NCBI RefSeq assembly: GCF_026210795.1
Contig: NC_089429.1
Span: 7,812,001-7,876,000, forward strand
Direction of reading: 5' to 3'
Source: Rhizophagus irregularis
Taxonomy: Eukaryota
Length of the DNA: 64,000 nt
Of this stretch, positions 51,301 through 64,000 are shown piece after piece (positions within the stretch are counted from its first letter, which is position 1; each line of letters opens with the position of its first letter). The position numbers and the translations under genes are program-made. The notes beneath the pieces were generated by a model. It was not told where the DNA came from, did no database searches, and was given only the letters and a program-made list of their open reading frames with translations.

Positions 51301-53064
51301 TTTTAGTATAATTAGTACAAACATATGTGAAACAAAGAATGGACAAATAAAATTTGTTTCATGATTTAAAAAAAAAAATTTATAATGATTTTAATTGATT
51401 TTATTATGTACACAAAAACATCAAAATTCTTAATAGGTTAGTTCAATTTCACTTGATTCTAAACTCTAACAGGTTTCAAATAATAATAGTAAAAGTAAAT
51501 TGTTTCATTTAAGAACTCATCTGATGTATGTTGGCGTCTCAGAATTGGTCATATGTTGTCTTTTGTTTGATATTCTTTTTTTTTTCTAAAAAAAAAAAGA
51601 ATCTAAATGAGGCATCTTACCAAAGAAAAACATTCAATGTGAACAAATTAGGCAAATTATTTCTTTTTTTTTCTTCCCCCTAAAAAAAATACTTTCTTTT
51701 TAAAAAAAAATAATAAATAAATTGTATCACTCATGCAATTCTAAATCGTTCTTTTATTTCATCAATCTACTTTTTGTAGATCGGTATTATGATTGCGTTG
51801 AGTCCCAATTTGTAAATCAATTAAATCATTTATTTTGTTTATCACAAAGTATTTTTTTTTTTGTTATTACCCCACATCCGAAAATAAAAAGTTCTATAAA
51901 TTTGTTCATTGAATCTTCTTTGGACGAATTGTATTAAAATAATATTTAATTAGCCGCAGCGTTAATATAATTTATTTATTTAAGGAGGATCCGTCAATTC
52001 AATGATTTTATTATATTAATTTATATTACATCACGTGTTTGATATGTTGATTCAACATTAGGAACAATTTACCAGATAAAATATAAAATTATTTTCTTTT
52101 TTTTTTTTTTTGACCTGGCCAAATTTTACTCATTCATTCAATTTTACTCATTTATTCGATTTAGAATCTAAAATATAACTACTGTGAATTGCAAAAAAAA
52201 ATTTTTTTGTTAAAATATAGATATCATACGACCCGTAGGGTAGAAACGGATCAAATATTATAAAGTCAACTACCATAATAAATTTTGATTTTTTTTCTTT
52301 TAGATTGATGCAATCTATGTTAAATATTCAATGAAAAAGTTACAACTTTAGTTAATATTCCGAAATACAGCAGATAATTTCCCGGTAAGTTTGATTTATT
52401 AATATAAGTAGTAATTTAACTTAATTTTATTGGAGAAATAAATGTTCTTGATTCATGTCATAAGTTCATCTTTTAGCATCTACTTAAAACGAGAAAGAAT
52501 AAATAAATATGTTCGTGGCACCATTTTTTTATAAGAATTTTGTCGATAATGAAATATTTAAAAACCTTATTGTTAACATCACAGCGATCGATGCAAGGTG
52601 CGAAAGTACTAGAGGGAAATCACTGGGATCGCCAACTCCATATGGTTTAACTTTTAATAATAATCCTTCCAAAAATGCAACCGCCAACATGATGGTCAAA
52701 AATAAAGGTAATCGGAAGCTTCCTTACAATGTTATATAAATTATTTATTTTAATCAATTGTTTCATATTTTTTTTTTCTTTCTTTTTTTAATTTCTTTCT
52801 TTTTTTTTAGTTATTTTGCATGTACTATCAATGTACTGTACTTGAGAGTTTTGTTAAATGGAGACGGTACAAATTAAAAGTACGTGAAGTACGTGGTTTA
52901 ACTATATTTGACAGGTTTTTTTTTTGCCAGCATTCAAATTATGGGATTATTTACTATAAATCTAAAATTTATTATTGATTACAGATTATTCAGTTTATTC
53001 TAATTTATTAAATCAGGTGTATGTCATAGGAATGGCGGACGACTCGCTCGGCTCAGTATAGGAG

Positions 53065-53227
53065 CACCACCACCACCACCACCACCACATCCACCACATC
53101 CATCACAACCACCATAACCACCACAACCACCACAACCACTACTACCACAACCACCACCACCACCACCACCACATCCACCACAATCATCACAACCATCACA
53201 ACCATCACAACCATCACAACCATCACA
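53065..53227. repeat. CCA/CAA/TCA triplet microsatellite inside a probable decayed TIR element (~53034-53396)
   Basis: (CCA)n and (CAACCATCA)n runs; flanks TAGGAATGGCGGACGACTCG and AAGTCGCTCAACCCATCTCTA are a loose inverted pair. Confidence 0.75.
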
Positions 53228-53487
53228 CTCTTCCACTGCCCGGCGTAGGAGGTTCGGTTCCATAATCGGTTTCTGTCACTTCGGTCCAGATCCGAGTCAG
53301 TACATATCAAAATTTATCAAACCCGATTTGGAAGTTGGAACCTGATGTACCAAACCGAATGGAACGAACCGACTCAAGTCGCTCAACCCATCTCTAGGTG
53401 TGTAGCAAAACAATATCATTTTTTTTTAAATTAACTTTATACTGTAGATCATAGATCGTTGGATACTTAGATACTATACATTCCAGT

Positions 53488-53701
53488 TAGTGCTTCGATC
53501 CGGATGGGGTTTTAACGGATCAATCCGCGGTTTACTACGGTTTGGCAACGGTTTATTTGAGTTGGAGCTATAAGTTTGGCCAAAATTAATAAAATTTGAA
53601 GAAGAATAATTTTTTCAAATCTGACAAAAATTATAGTTTGACAAAAATAATAGAAAAATGTTGTGATCCTAATCAACGGATCAATCCGGATCGAAGCACT
53701 A
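53488..53701. mobile_element. hAT-type MITE, 214 bp, 8 bp TSD
   Basis: Perfect 18 bp TIRs TAGTGCTTCGATCCGGAT / ATCCGGATCGAAGCACTA; exact TSD ATTCCAGT at 53480-53487 and 53702-53709. Confidence 0.95.
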
Positions 53702-53821
53702 ATTCCAGTTATGGTTGGAGAAACCTTGATACAGTAAATAAATCTCAAACATTTCCTTAATTATTATAATGAAATTAATGTTAAACGCTATGATGAGTTT
53801 GATAATAATTTTAAGATTATC

Positions 53822-55137
53822 CTAGCGAACAGTCCGTTGCTTCGCACGGGATCACACAAATAATATTCTATAGCATGAACAAATTCTTTAAATTTATTTA
53901 ATTACGATGATAAAATCATGATATCGTCGATAAATATTCATGATACGAATCTAATGATCAAATACAAATTGTGATATAGCAAACGAAAATGAATACACTA
54001 ATTAAAGATACGCTATAACGTTCACAACTTCACATACCGGAGAATATTTTATCGTCGGTTATCGAGGTTATCGAAAGTCATTGTTGTTGATATTGGGGTT
54101 GGTCGAATATCGGCCATAGTCTCTGATAATGTTTCAACCGTTAGAAGAGCACGCGAAGTTATTTCTAAATATCGAAAATGTTCGATGCATCAATTTGATA
54201 GCGTGCGATATTGTAACGGCACATAATCCAAATTAATTTATACAGGTGATCTAAATATCACCAAATTTTTTTCAATTTCTATATAGATTAGTATTAAAAG
54301 ATATAATTTTACTGATGGATGAAAAAAAGAATATATATATATAGTATATTATTTACAGTACACCAACACAATTGAATCTCTGAATTCTTTAAATTCTTCG
54401 GCAGAATTTAATATTTTGGCAATCCTACAATAAATATTAACGCGTCTTTCCCTTGTGAATAAAATTTTTTCAAATTAAGAGAATTTTATAGTTACAATAC
54501 AATTTTTTTTTTTTTTACTAGGAGAAAAAAGTCAATTTTTTTAAATATTTATTTGCATTAAAAAAAAGTTTGTTACCTTTTTTCAAAGGAGGGAAGAATA
54601 AAAAGTCAAGTACTTGAAATTCCACATTTCCAACTTTCGAAAGTGTTATTTCCAAGGATATTGGCATATTTTATTTGAATGATCGATCAAATTTTACATA
54701 TTTATGATAGATCTAAATCATCCAATAAGCTAGTTCTGATGCAAAAATGACATTTATATGGTGCCACCATATAGGCAGCTCTGATCAGTTGCATTTTTTC
54801 GATTTGTGTAATAATATGAAATATTCGATGTTGAACGTGTTTCACCATTTTATTTTGCATATGACGAATTGTCGTAATACGATTTACCCCAGTATCACCG
54901 ACACTTTTATAATTAAAATTCCACCCCCACGTGACCGGTGACATTTAAAGGGATGTGAAAAAAATAATTTTGTGAGGCAAAAAAAACCAAAGTCCCTCAG
55001 ATAAATATAAACAGTGAAAACGCGGTGGGGTGTGATGCCGGTGATGAATATTACAAAATCACGTGGGGGTGGAAAAAGTGTCGGTGATACTGGGGAAGAT
55101 TCGTAATACGGCAAAAATCACGTGACAGACCAACAGA
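53822..55137 (-). mobile_element. Probable non-autonomous Helitron-like element
   Basis: The minus strand ends CCCGTGCGAAGCAACGGA-CTGTTCG-CTAG (hairpin plus CTAG, the classical Helitron 3' end) at 53850-53822. A candidate 5' end A|TCTGTTGGTCTGTCACG at 55137 is tentative. Confidence 0.5.
54882..55100. mobile_element. ~219 bp foldback element (MITE-like) with ~40-50 bp TIRs
   Basis: CCCCAGTATCACCGACACTTTT...TTCCACCCCCACGTGA (54887-54934) is inverted at 55059-55096; direct repeat TCGTAATACG at 54872-54881 and 55101-55110. Confidence 0.75.
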
Positions 55138-57471
55138 TCCAACATTCGTAGGTCGTAACAAAAGGTCAAGAAATTTTAATATAATCATAAGTTTCTACCA
55201 AATTAAAAATTTTAATTCGATTATTTCAGGTTCGACAAAAATTTTAATTTATCAATGTATTTATTTAGCAATTGAAGACATGATACAACTTTTAATTAAG
55301 GAGGATTTTAGGTACGAAGAAATTATTGAAACCATGAAATTTATAAATTAGTTAATTCTTAAAAAATTTTATTATTAGATCAATATTATAGATTAAATTA
55401 CTAGTATATAATTAGGCTAAATTAAACAGGATTGCCTTAATGATTACCTTCAAATTAAACGCTAACAAATTATTTTGTAAAGCTTTTTAGTCTAATTAAA
55501 TATTTAAAAATTCACTATTTTTTTAATAGATAATAATAATATTCCTACTTATTTCACACGTTTTAACGCCAATCGTCAAACCTCCGTTACATGTACAAGA
55601 AAAAATTCATAGATTTCACACACACTTCTAACAAGAATCCACGTACGCGCCGTAACTCAAAAGAAACGTTTCCAACGAGCGTGTAAAAGAATTTTCAAAC
55701 CTGGGAAACCTAACGAACCTACGACTTTCTCCTTGTTCATCGTCCATTTTTTCAATATGGTATATGTAACATCCAACCAAATGTGAATGCATTTATTTGC
55801 TACTTAATTTAAATACACTATTTTAGTCATAAAAAATTCGCGTGAATTTTTTCTTATTGATTTCTTTTGCATTGATTGTATGATTTTTTTGTGAACTCTT
55901 ACGTGTTTAAACACGTTCTTGATAAAATAATGTATTCTTTTATGCAGATTAAGTCCTCACATAATAAAATTCTCGTTGCATCTTTTCTTTGGGCGAAGTA
56001 TCTTACAAAACAGCAATGTGAGTCTAACTACTCTATCCACTCTATGATCTTCTAGGGTTCGATACTGATTCAATCCCATTCAACAATTGAATTACTATAG
56101 TCTCCCATGATTACTTTCTTCTGCTATACTTCAAAGATTCTTTGATGTGTTAGTAATTATTATCTCATGTTCGCTGATGGGCGAGAAAAATATATTACCA
56201 ATTATTATTTGCATCTTTTTAGAAAGAGTGTACGTTCTATATAGTACGTCCCGATCCTTTGTTTTTTTCCAATATGATGTTCCAGCAGACAGGCACTTTC
56301 ATGATCTGATCGGAAGACCACATTTGTTTAATAGATCTAGTATTCTATAGGTGACGTGACGGTATTTGTTGCATCAATTTACCTTCTTCCTTTTCAGTGA
56401 TTGAGTATCTGTTGTGAATGGCTTTAATATACCTTTGGTGCTTAAAAGTAACTAATATCATTAATGATATCCTTCCATGAATTTAGGTACAGCGATACAG
56501 CGATGATCTGAATTATTAGTGATCGTTGCTGTTGTCATGGATTGATTTTGTGAGTAAATTTTCATGTGAAGAAATATTTTATCTTGTTGTACACTATGCG
56601 ACCTCGTCAAATCTCTCAGATTATTTACGGTAATCTTAAATGTTTACTTCCTCTCTAGAATCTCCTTGTAACTAGAATTATAATAAACCTCCCTTCAACT
56701 CATATATTTTCACCATCTTTCCCTAGCTACATAAGATAAAAAAAAATATACATCAAAAAAATAATTCTTGGTACACACCAAACACTCTTGATCTCAGATT
56801 TGGGCACCTCTTTCTGCGTGTTACATAGTGGAAGCTGGGCCTTACATAGGCATTTAACGCTTTTATCAAATCCTTTTTCTATACCGGTAACATAGTAACT
56901 CAGCTTGTACTCCATAGGGGAATACGATCCTTAATTTCTTATCTATGGCTAGAAAGACGGCAATTCTTTTTGGGGAGATTGAAAAATTATATAGATTGCA
57001 TGTTATAATTGTCCTTTTCTTTTCCTTTAGCTTAGAATTTCGTTTTTTCACAGTTGTAATTTTCTTTGTTTCCAGTAAAATAAAATAACAATTCGTCTCC
57101 ATTGGGCAATATACACTTCTCTGTTGTAAAACATATTTTTTCTAATTGTATATAATTAGAGCAGTCTCTGCTATTTTTCTCAAATTTCCAGGGTCTATAT
57201 TTATAGTTAACCTTCTTATACAGACGTGGTATGACTGCATCTGTTTAATCACTACATAACATAGTGATATTAACATGGAATACATGGAAATTGTTGCCGG
57301 ATAATCTTCAAACTTACTGAATGGAAAACGTATATCATTTTTAAAATGTTCCCACCAAATGTTTCAATTATTAAACTTTCAATACTACTTGGTAAAATTA
57401 AATTAATATAGAAATAAAAACAATGTTCCTTAGATATGATATACCTCGCCATACGAGTTTTTTCCTTCAGT

Positions 57472-60400
57472 TCTCAATTACCAATTGTTTACTTCTTAAT
57501 TTTGTGAAGCATTTTAGATGATTTTAGCGAGTCAGAATTCTGGATTTGTTTTGTCCGGTCGTTCCACAAAAGTGTTAGATTTTGTACTATGAAGCCAAGC
57601 TGGAAGTAAAGGCTATGTGAAAAATATCACATCTATACCGCCAACTCCACCAACCCGAAAATCTCAGAATATTTTCTGATGAATCATCATAAATATAAAA
57701 AGTGTCCTAATTATCACCATTACGAATTCGTTCAAGCGAGGTAATAATTTGATCTATTAAAATAAACATTAATTAAAATCAAATATTATTTAATTCTTAA
57801 ATGTATTTAATTGTTAATTAAATAATGAAATAATTACCAAAATAAATAAAGAGTCCTTATCTGCATTATTTAATATGATTTAAACGTTGTCGAAAAATGT
57901 TATATGATGCAACAACTTAACAATCTATTTTTTAAATCTTGGCGGTTGATAGTTAAGGAAAACTAGAGATTAAGCCAGGTGTTAAGAAACAAAGACAGGT
58001 CACGGCACTTCCTATTGTCTTCCTAGCATGTTTAGGATCCCAAACATATGCTAAAGAACCAATTTATTTATAAAAATGGAACATTAAGTTATTTTTTGTA
58101 TTGAAATGAAATTGGTGAAAATTGATAGATGATGTCAGATCAAATTCTATGATAACCATGATAACCATTCAAGTTGGTGACACACACGGCAAATCCCAAT
58201 TGATAAGAATAAAAGTGCACGCGCTAATCTGATAATTCGTGGTTTTTTCTTCGCGCCTTTTTGTTTTCCACCTTTAAAATAGGATATATTTATATTTTTA
58301 GAACTTATAAGTGTTGTTTTTCCGCAATTTTTGTTTTCCACCTTTAAAATAGGGTATGTTCGTATTTTTTATAATTTATATATTACGGTATGTATTAAAA
58401 GTCTAATAAAAAAAGGGGATTTTTATATGTAATTATTTTTAGTGCCGTAATTTTTTAGTTGGTGCTTTTTGTTCAAGCTAGTCAGTTGCTTTAGCAGATG
58501 CGGAAAATTTTTTTATGATGCTTTTCATGTATGAAAAGACGGCCTTAGGTGGCAGATGATTCAAGAAAATGATGTAAGTTATAAATAAATCAATCTTTTC
58601 ATAATTATGAATCAACAAATTCATAATTCTACTAATAATTCCAATTTAGACAACGAACTTGTTCTTCAAAATTATGAAAACTCAACTTCAAATCTACTAC
58701 TTAACCATCACATGTTAATCAACACGGCCAATATTAACAACCAAGAAATAGCGTAAGCGCTCTGATACAAATTTGATGTAAATAAGAATGATGATTTTAT
58801 CCGATGGAAATTGATGATGAAACATCATCTTGAAGAAACCCGGGTGTTTACCAAGCAATAACCAGAAAACGTTCAAAAACAGTCTTTCAAGAAAACGAAA
58901 CGCACGACGAAAAGCATTGGGAAGGAATATAATAAATATCAAGATAACTCTGCGGTGATCATGTGAAAGTTGAAGAAATGATTTGTCTGATTTCAAAGTA
59001 GGGCTATTTAAATAAGCTAGTTCAATTACTCTAGGATCAAAAAAATATCTTTTGTTCATCTTATTACAAATACTCAAGGATACAAGTGATGAGCTTTAAT
59101 GCTAGTGAAGCTCAAGCAAAAAAAAAAAAAATAATTGGAGTCCGTTATCAAAGTAGAACAAAAATAACTTGATTACTGGTTTTTTCCAACGATAAAGTTT
59201 CAAGTAAAGATCATGCAAATGGGGTACAAGAAAGAAATACTTATCTTGATGGCGTAAGTCGATGATATGATCTATTTTAATAAGCGGTATTCGGACTGGC
59301 AGTTATGTCGATACAGAATAATACTTATTGGACGAGTAGTTCGTACTTGAGTTGGATAGGTCGAGATTGAACGGGATGAATAAGTAGAGATGTTTAAATT
59401 CTCATCTGATTATTATTCATGAGTAATTGCATTTATCGGTACATGTTGATATTAATTCGTGCCTCGTTTTTTTGGCATATCTTGTACCTTCTCGCGAATC
59501 TTAAAGATCTCTTAGTAAGTCATATACTCGTCTTTTCTTAAATATATATCTCATCTTAATTTATTAATAAATGTCTTGTGTGTTTATATAAGCAACATAT
59601 ATTTCCTATCCTAAAGAAACAATAGGTGATATTTATTCTTCAAGTACATCTAATGGAGCTGCACCAGTTGCTACCGTTGCAGAATGCAGATCTAATATTT
59701 CTTCATAAATTTTATAAGTTTTTAATTAACTCTACCTCGAAAATTATAGCAATTTTTATTATTTTAAAATTAAATTGTATAATAATCCGGTTTCCTATTT
59801 TTATCTTATAAATAAAAATTTATTATGAGATTTTAATTATATTTTAACATATGTATCTTAACGATGCAGATGTATTCATTATTTACAAGTCGGTAAAAAA
59901 TTTATTATCCCGATGTAATCTTTTCACACAATAAAATAATATAATTGATATTTCTGACGATTTGGTCTAATCGTATAATAATTTGATCTATGATAAGTCT
60001 ATTACAAAGTGATCAAATTTGTAAATTTCATGCTTCATCAATTCCATCTAGTCCGACGCTCATTATACCAATCTCGTAATTCTAAACCTTTTTCGTGCCA
60101 ATAGAACCATAATTGGTTAAACTACCCACTAATTAATAATAAGCTACACCTAATCCTCAAAGCCACAAGCGACTAGTTCCCTTTGAAGTAAATACTGTAA
60201 ATTTTGTTTATCGAAAATTCAAAATGTGAAAACCATAATATATTTTCAACTTTGTCGATGCATAATCGTACAAAGGATACTCCTATAAAATAAACAAATA
60301 TACGATTATTTTTTAAAATACTTAAAGAATACATGTTCATATATATTACCTTACGAGAGGATCATTCTTTTGTATCTAGCAAATACTTGGAAACGGAAAG

Positions 60401-62057
60401 GAACATCATTTTTCTATAAATTCACATGCCAGTATAAACTCTTGATGCTACAATTGTAATCAAACCTTAAACATATTGTAAAATATTTTACATCGACCAT
60501 CAAATGGTGTTGACTTTGGTTCGTAGTATATGCAATCTTACTGCCTTCCTATAACAAGGATCTAATGCATTCCCATTTTTGTAAAACTAAAAATTATAAT
60601 TATAAAATTTAATTAATTAAAAAATGGATAATAATAATATTCCTACTTACTTCACGCGTTTTACGCTAGTCTTCAAATTTCTAATTCAGATCTTGTTCAT
60701 CGCCATTTTTTCAATTTCAGTGTCTGTAACATCATCCGAGGAAATGACCAAATATGCTTAGAAGAGAATGCTGGGTCACCATCAGCCCATTACCGATACA
60801 CTATATAGGACCACTTCATCATTATATTCACCATTTGACCCAACACTTCCTATGAAGAAAACCCTCGTCTTTATTTCCCTCCAGACATACATTTAAATTC
60901 ATGAAATACTAATCATAAGAAATGTCAATCATGAAAAAACACTAACACCCTATCTTAATAAAAACGTTAAAATAAAATCTTACTCCGTCTCTATTTCCTC
61001 CCGTTAAAATTCCGAGAGGAAAATTTAATATCTATTATAATAAAAGACCAATTATACCGACATAAATTTAATAAATATTAAAAGAAAACTATCCCTTTCC
61101 GTCCCTGATCTTTTAAATAATCATGAAGAAAAATATACGACTTCATTTAATAAATGAAAAATCTCATTATTTCCTCTTCACAATTTTAATTCTTTTAACG
61201 TCCAGAATCTTGGATTTCCTGGATTGCTCGTTCAACATATGATTGCCGCCTGTGGCTGCCAGATTCACTAAATCTCATCAGAACACCTAGACTATTTAGG
61301 AAAAATTCACGTACCTGTTCGTTGGTCAATATCAAATATGGAAGATAATTATCGTTCGCATCACCAGCTCCCTCGATTAATAACGACTGATAAATCCAAA
61401 AGATTTGTTTAATTGTAGAGATACTAACTTTTTGACTATTATATAAATGCATTGAATTAGGACTGTGACCATAAAACGTATATTATCTATCCATGTAGAG
61501 CATGAATTTTATGTAAATTTACTCAACATAGAATTTGTTCGTAAAAATCAATTAAGGAAGTTAATTGATAAGGGGGCACAACTCCTCCCGTAGTATTTTT
61601 TTAAACTTTTCTTGCATAAACTTTTTCATTAATGCTAACCAATCGAAGTAAGGCAATCTACGTACTCCACCAGAGGATACAGAGGATATTAGTCGTATTG
61701 ATATCAATTCGTATATGTTAAATTAATTATTTGTTTATTTCTTCATTTATTTTCTATCATCATCGATATTCATCGCATCAACATTCTTATCGTTGGAAAA
61801 GATGAACATTCGAAGCATTAAGCTTCGAATACATAATCTGCTTCTCAATACTTTCTCTTTTATATATTAAAAAATAAAAATATCGAATTAGATAATAATA
61901 AACTTTTAATAAAAATTCGAAAATTGGTACAAGGCGACAATAGTTGATAAATATTGTTATCAATCATTTTAACTCCAGATTGTAAATTACTAAATAAGGT
62001 ATTCAACATACATTTATTTGATAACGTTATCTATCATTTATCTAAATGTGTATAAGG
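57472..62057 (-). repeat. Inverted diverged copy B of 25326-29559
   Basis: Colinear reverse-complement match with copy-specific indels. Confidence 0.9.
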
Positions 62058-62147
62058 GTCTGAAATGTGTGACAGATTGCGCCGATTATACTGGTAATTG
62101 GTGTATAAGGGTCTGAAATGTGTGACAGATTACGCCGATTATACTGG
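62048..62147. repeat. Tandem duplication, 53 bp period, at the boundary of copy B
   Basis: GTGTATAAGGGTCTGAAATGTGTGACAGATT(G/A)CGCCGATTATACTGG at 62048 and 62101. Confidence 0.9.
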
Positions 62148-63119
62148 ACTACTTAAAAGTTTGTAGCGCATCTTTACAAAAATGTCATGACATCATTAGC
62201 GGCAGCGATTCCGATCGAATTTTACAAATTTTACAACAAAAACCCCCTTTGACGCTCTAAGTAAACTTGCAGAGCGGACAAAATTAGCATATATGCGTAA
62301 TTCCAAAGGTTATTGTTAAGAAAATTGTCTGTGGCACATGTGCCGATCCGGCACACATTTTAAAGCAATTCAGTAAGATCACGTGACTAAAATTGAATCC
62401 CTTTGTGTTTTTATGCAAACACAAATGCATACATAATTGACTATCAATAAGGAGATTGGTTTATAGGTTGATTTTGTAATAAAAGTTTATTTGGAAATTG
62501 GGTCTGGTTATTTCTAAAATTGGCTGATTTCTTTATTTTCTTTATTTACAAGTTATTTAGTATATTTGTAATAAGATTTAAAATTTAAAAGAAATGCAAA
62601 CGCGTAAATGCGTATTATTTGCTTTTTTTTTTCTTTAAAAATTTGAACTATTTTTCGAGTTAACCCTTTTTTATTGTTATCTCTTTTTTTTTATATTTTT
62701 TGATAATTTTGAATAAAGTTTATATCAAGAACATAATTCATTTGAAATTGATAGTAAGCGTACCATTTCGCAAATAGAAATTGAAGAACAAAAAATGCTG
62801 TATGGATCTGCATACTATAGATTTGAAACCACACCATGCCATACCATGCAAGTTTAAATAATACTTAAAATTTGCCACTAAAGTCACTATAAATTATTAG
62901 ATTGTCGTGTTCTTATTCTCTTTTAATACAGTAGTAAAAGTAAAGAAGGTACAATAACATACAACTAAATAATACATGTATGCTAAGGGATTCAAAAAGA
63001 TAATAATATTTAATTAATTATAAATTTCATAACAAGTGGACGTTATTTTTTATTATTATTTCAAAAAGCCATGTTTTACTTGTATCTTTTAATTTCCTTT
63101 AAATAACTACATTTTTTGA

Positions 63120-63280
63120 CGATTAAACTATTAAAGAAGAACTACGTTGACGATTATAGAAATAAACTTTTACGATATTATTTGATAAATAGGTATTATA
63201 TAAACGATTTAACTATTAAAGAATAACGATTATAGAAATAAAATTTTACGATATTATTTGATAAATATGCATTATATATT
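63120..63280. repeat. Tandem duplication of ~80 bp
   Basis: AACTATTAAAGAA...ACGATTATAGAAATAAA.TTTTACGATATTATTTGATAAATA occurs twice. Confidence 0.85.
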
Positions 63281-63494
63281 ATTAAAAATAACATTGTAGA
63301 AATAAGAGAACAATTACGTCATTCACATATTTACGTGTAAAAAAAAGAAAAATTATTAAACCTTGAAAGATTTTTATTCATAAATTAACTGTAGGGTAAT
63401 TTCGTTTACTTGAAAACAAAAGAAAAAATCTTTAATAAAATAACTCTGATGACAACATAATAATACATAGATGATACATACTTCAGAATTTCTG

Positions 63495-63670
63495 AGCTTA
63501 AATCAAGGATGAGCTTAAGTGATGGATAAGATTAAGTGACGGACGAGTTTAAATGACGGACGAGTTTAAATGATGGACGAGTTTAAATTTAAATGACTGA
63601 GTAAAATAAATGAATGAATAGTTTACATAACGGATGAATTTAAATGACGGATAAGCTTATAATGACTTAA
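63495..63670. repeat. 17 bp minisatellite
   Basis: GAGTTTAAATGACGGAC-like units, about 8 imperfect copies. Confidence 0.85.
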
Positions 63671-64000
63671 ATGATGAATGATGGGGGAGTTTATAAAAAA
63701 TAAGTTGGGAGAGAGACAGTTTATATAACAAAACGAACAATACGTTTATTTATCGTTTCGGATCCGTACGGGAGATCAATATAACACAAAAATCAACGAA
63801 CATCAATTAAAACACAGAAAGCATGCTCCACCAAAACACAAACATAGAAATAAAGTATTTTTACACGTCTTTTTGACATCACTTTCATTCAAAGACACAT
63901 ATTCGTTTGAAATTATGACATAATACCACAAATCACATTAATTCTTGAATCATCAGGATTTTAATGGCGCGAACAGAATATTCATGACATGAAGTTTGAC

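Noticed and set aside
52303..52878. Possible 3-exon plus-strand gene around ORF 52509-52739
   Set aside because: Exon-like blocks exist but I could not splice an uninterrupted frame or recognise a domain; probably a decayed gene.
53024..53310. Cys/Gly-rich (metallothionein-like) or poly-Val ORFs
   Set aside because: Both are translations of a triplet microsatellite inside a probable TIR element.

Overview
Very AT-rich, intron-containing eukaryotic DNA with low gene density and many repeats. The short GT-AG introns, tandem MATA-type HMG-box genes and transposon-relic landscape suggest an arbuscular mycorrhizal fungus (Rhizophagus-like, Glomeromycotina); this is an inference. Apparently intact genes: a 10-exon, ~563-aa protein with a C-terminal PD-(D/E)XK-like motif, present as two ~99% identical inverted copies (3689-6263 +, 44195-46770 -), each carrying an 89 bp repeat / 68 bp spacer / 89 bp repeat cassette in intron 2; a small secreted QxW (ricin-B-like) protein (18836-19300) with a truncated, divergent tandem paralogue; a 4-exon Myb/SANT-like gene missed by the ORF track (32492-33046); and two intronless HMG-box genes (48159-48473, 49838-50368) sharing a conserved upstream block. 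The rest is segmental duplications, hAT-type MITEs with exact 8 bp TSDs, a 5'-truncated non-LTR insertion with a 15 bp TSD nested in a TIR element, a Helitron-like end, pogo-like termini, tandem repeats and decayed pseudogenes. No rRNA, tRNA or CRISPR array was found. Identities quoted are estimated by eye.
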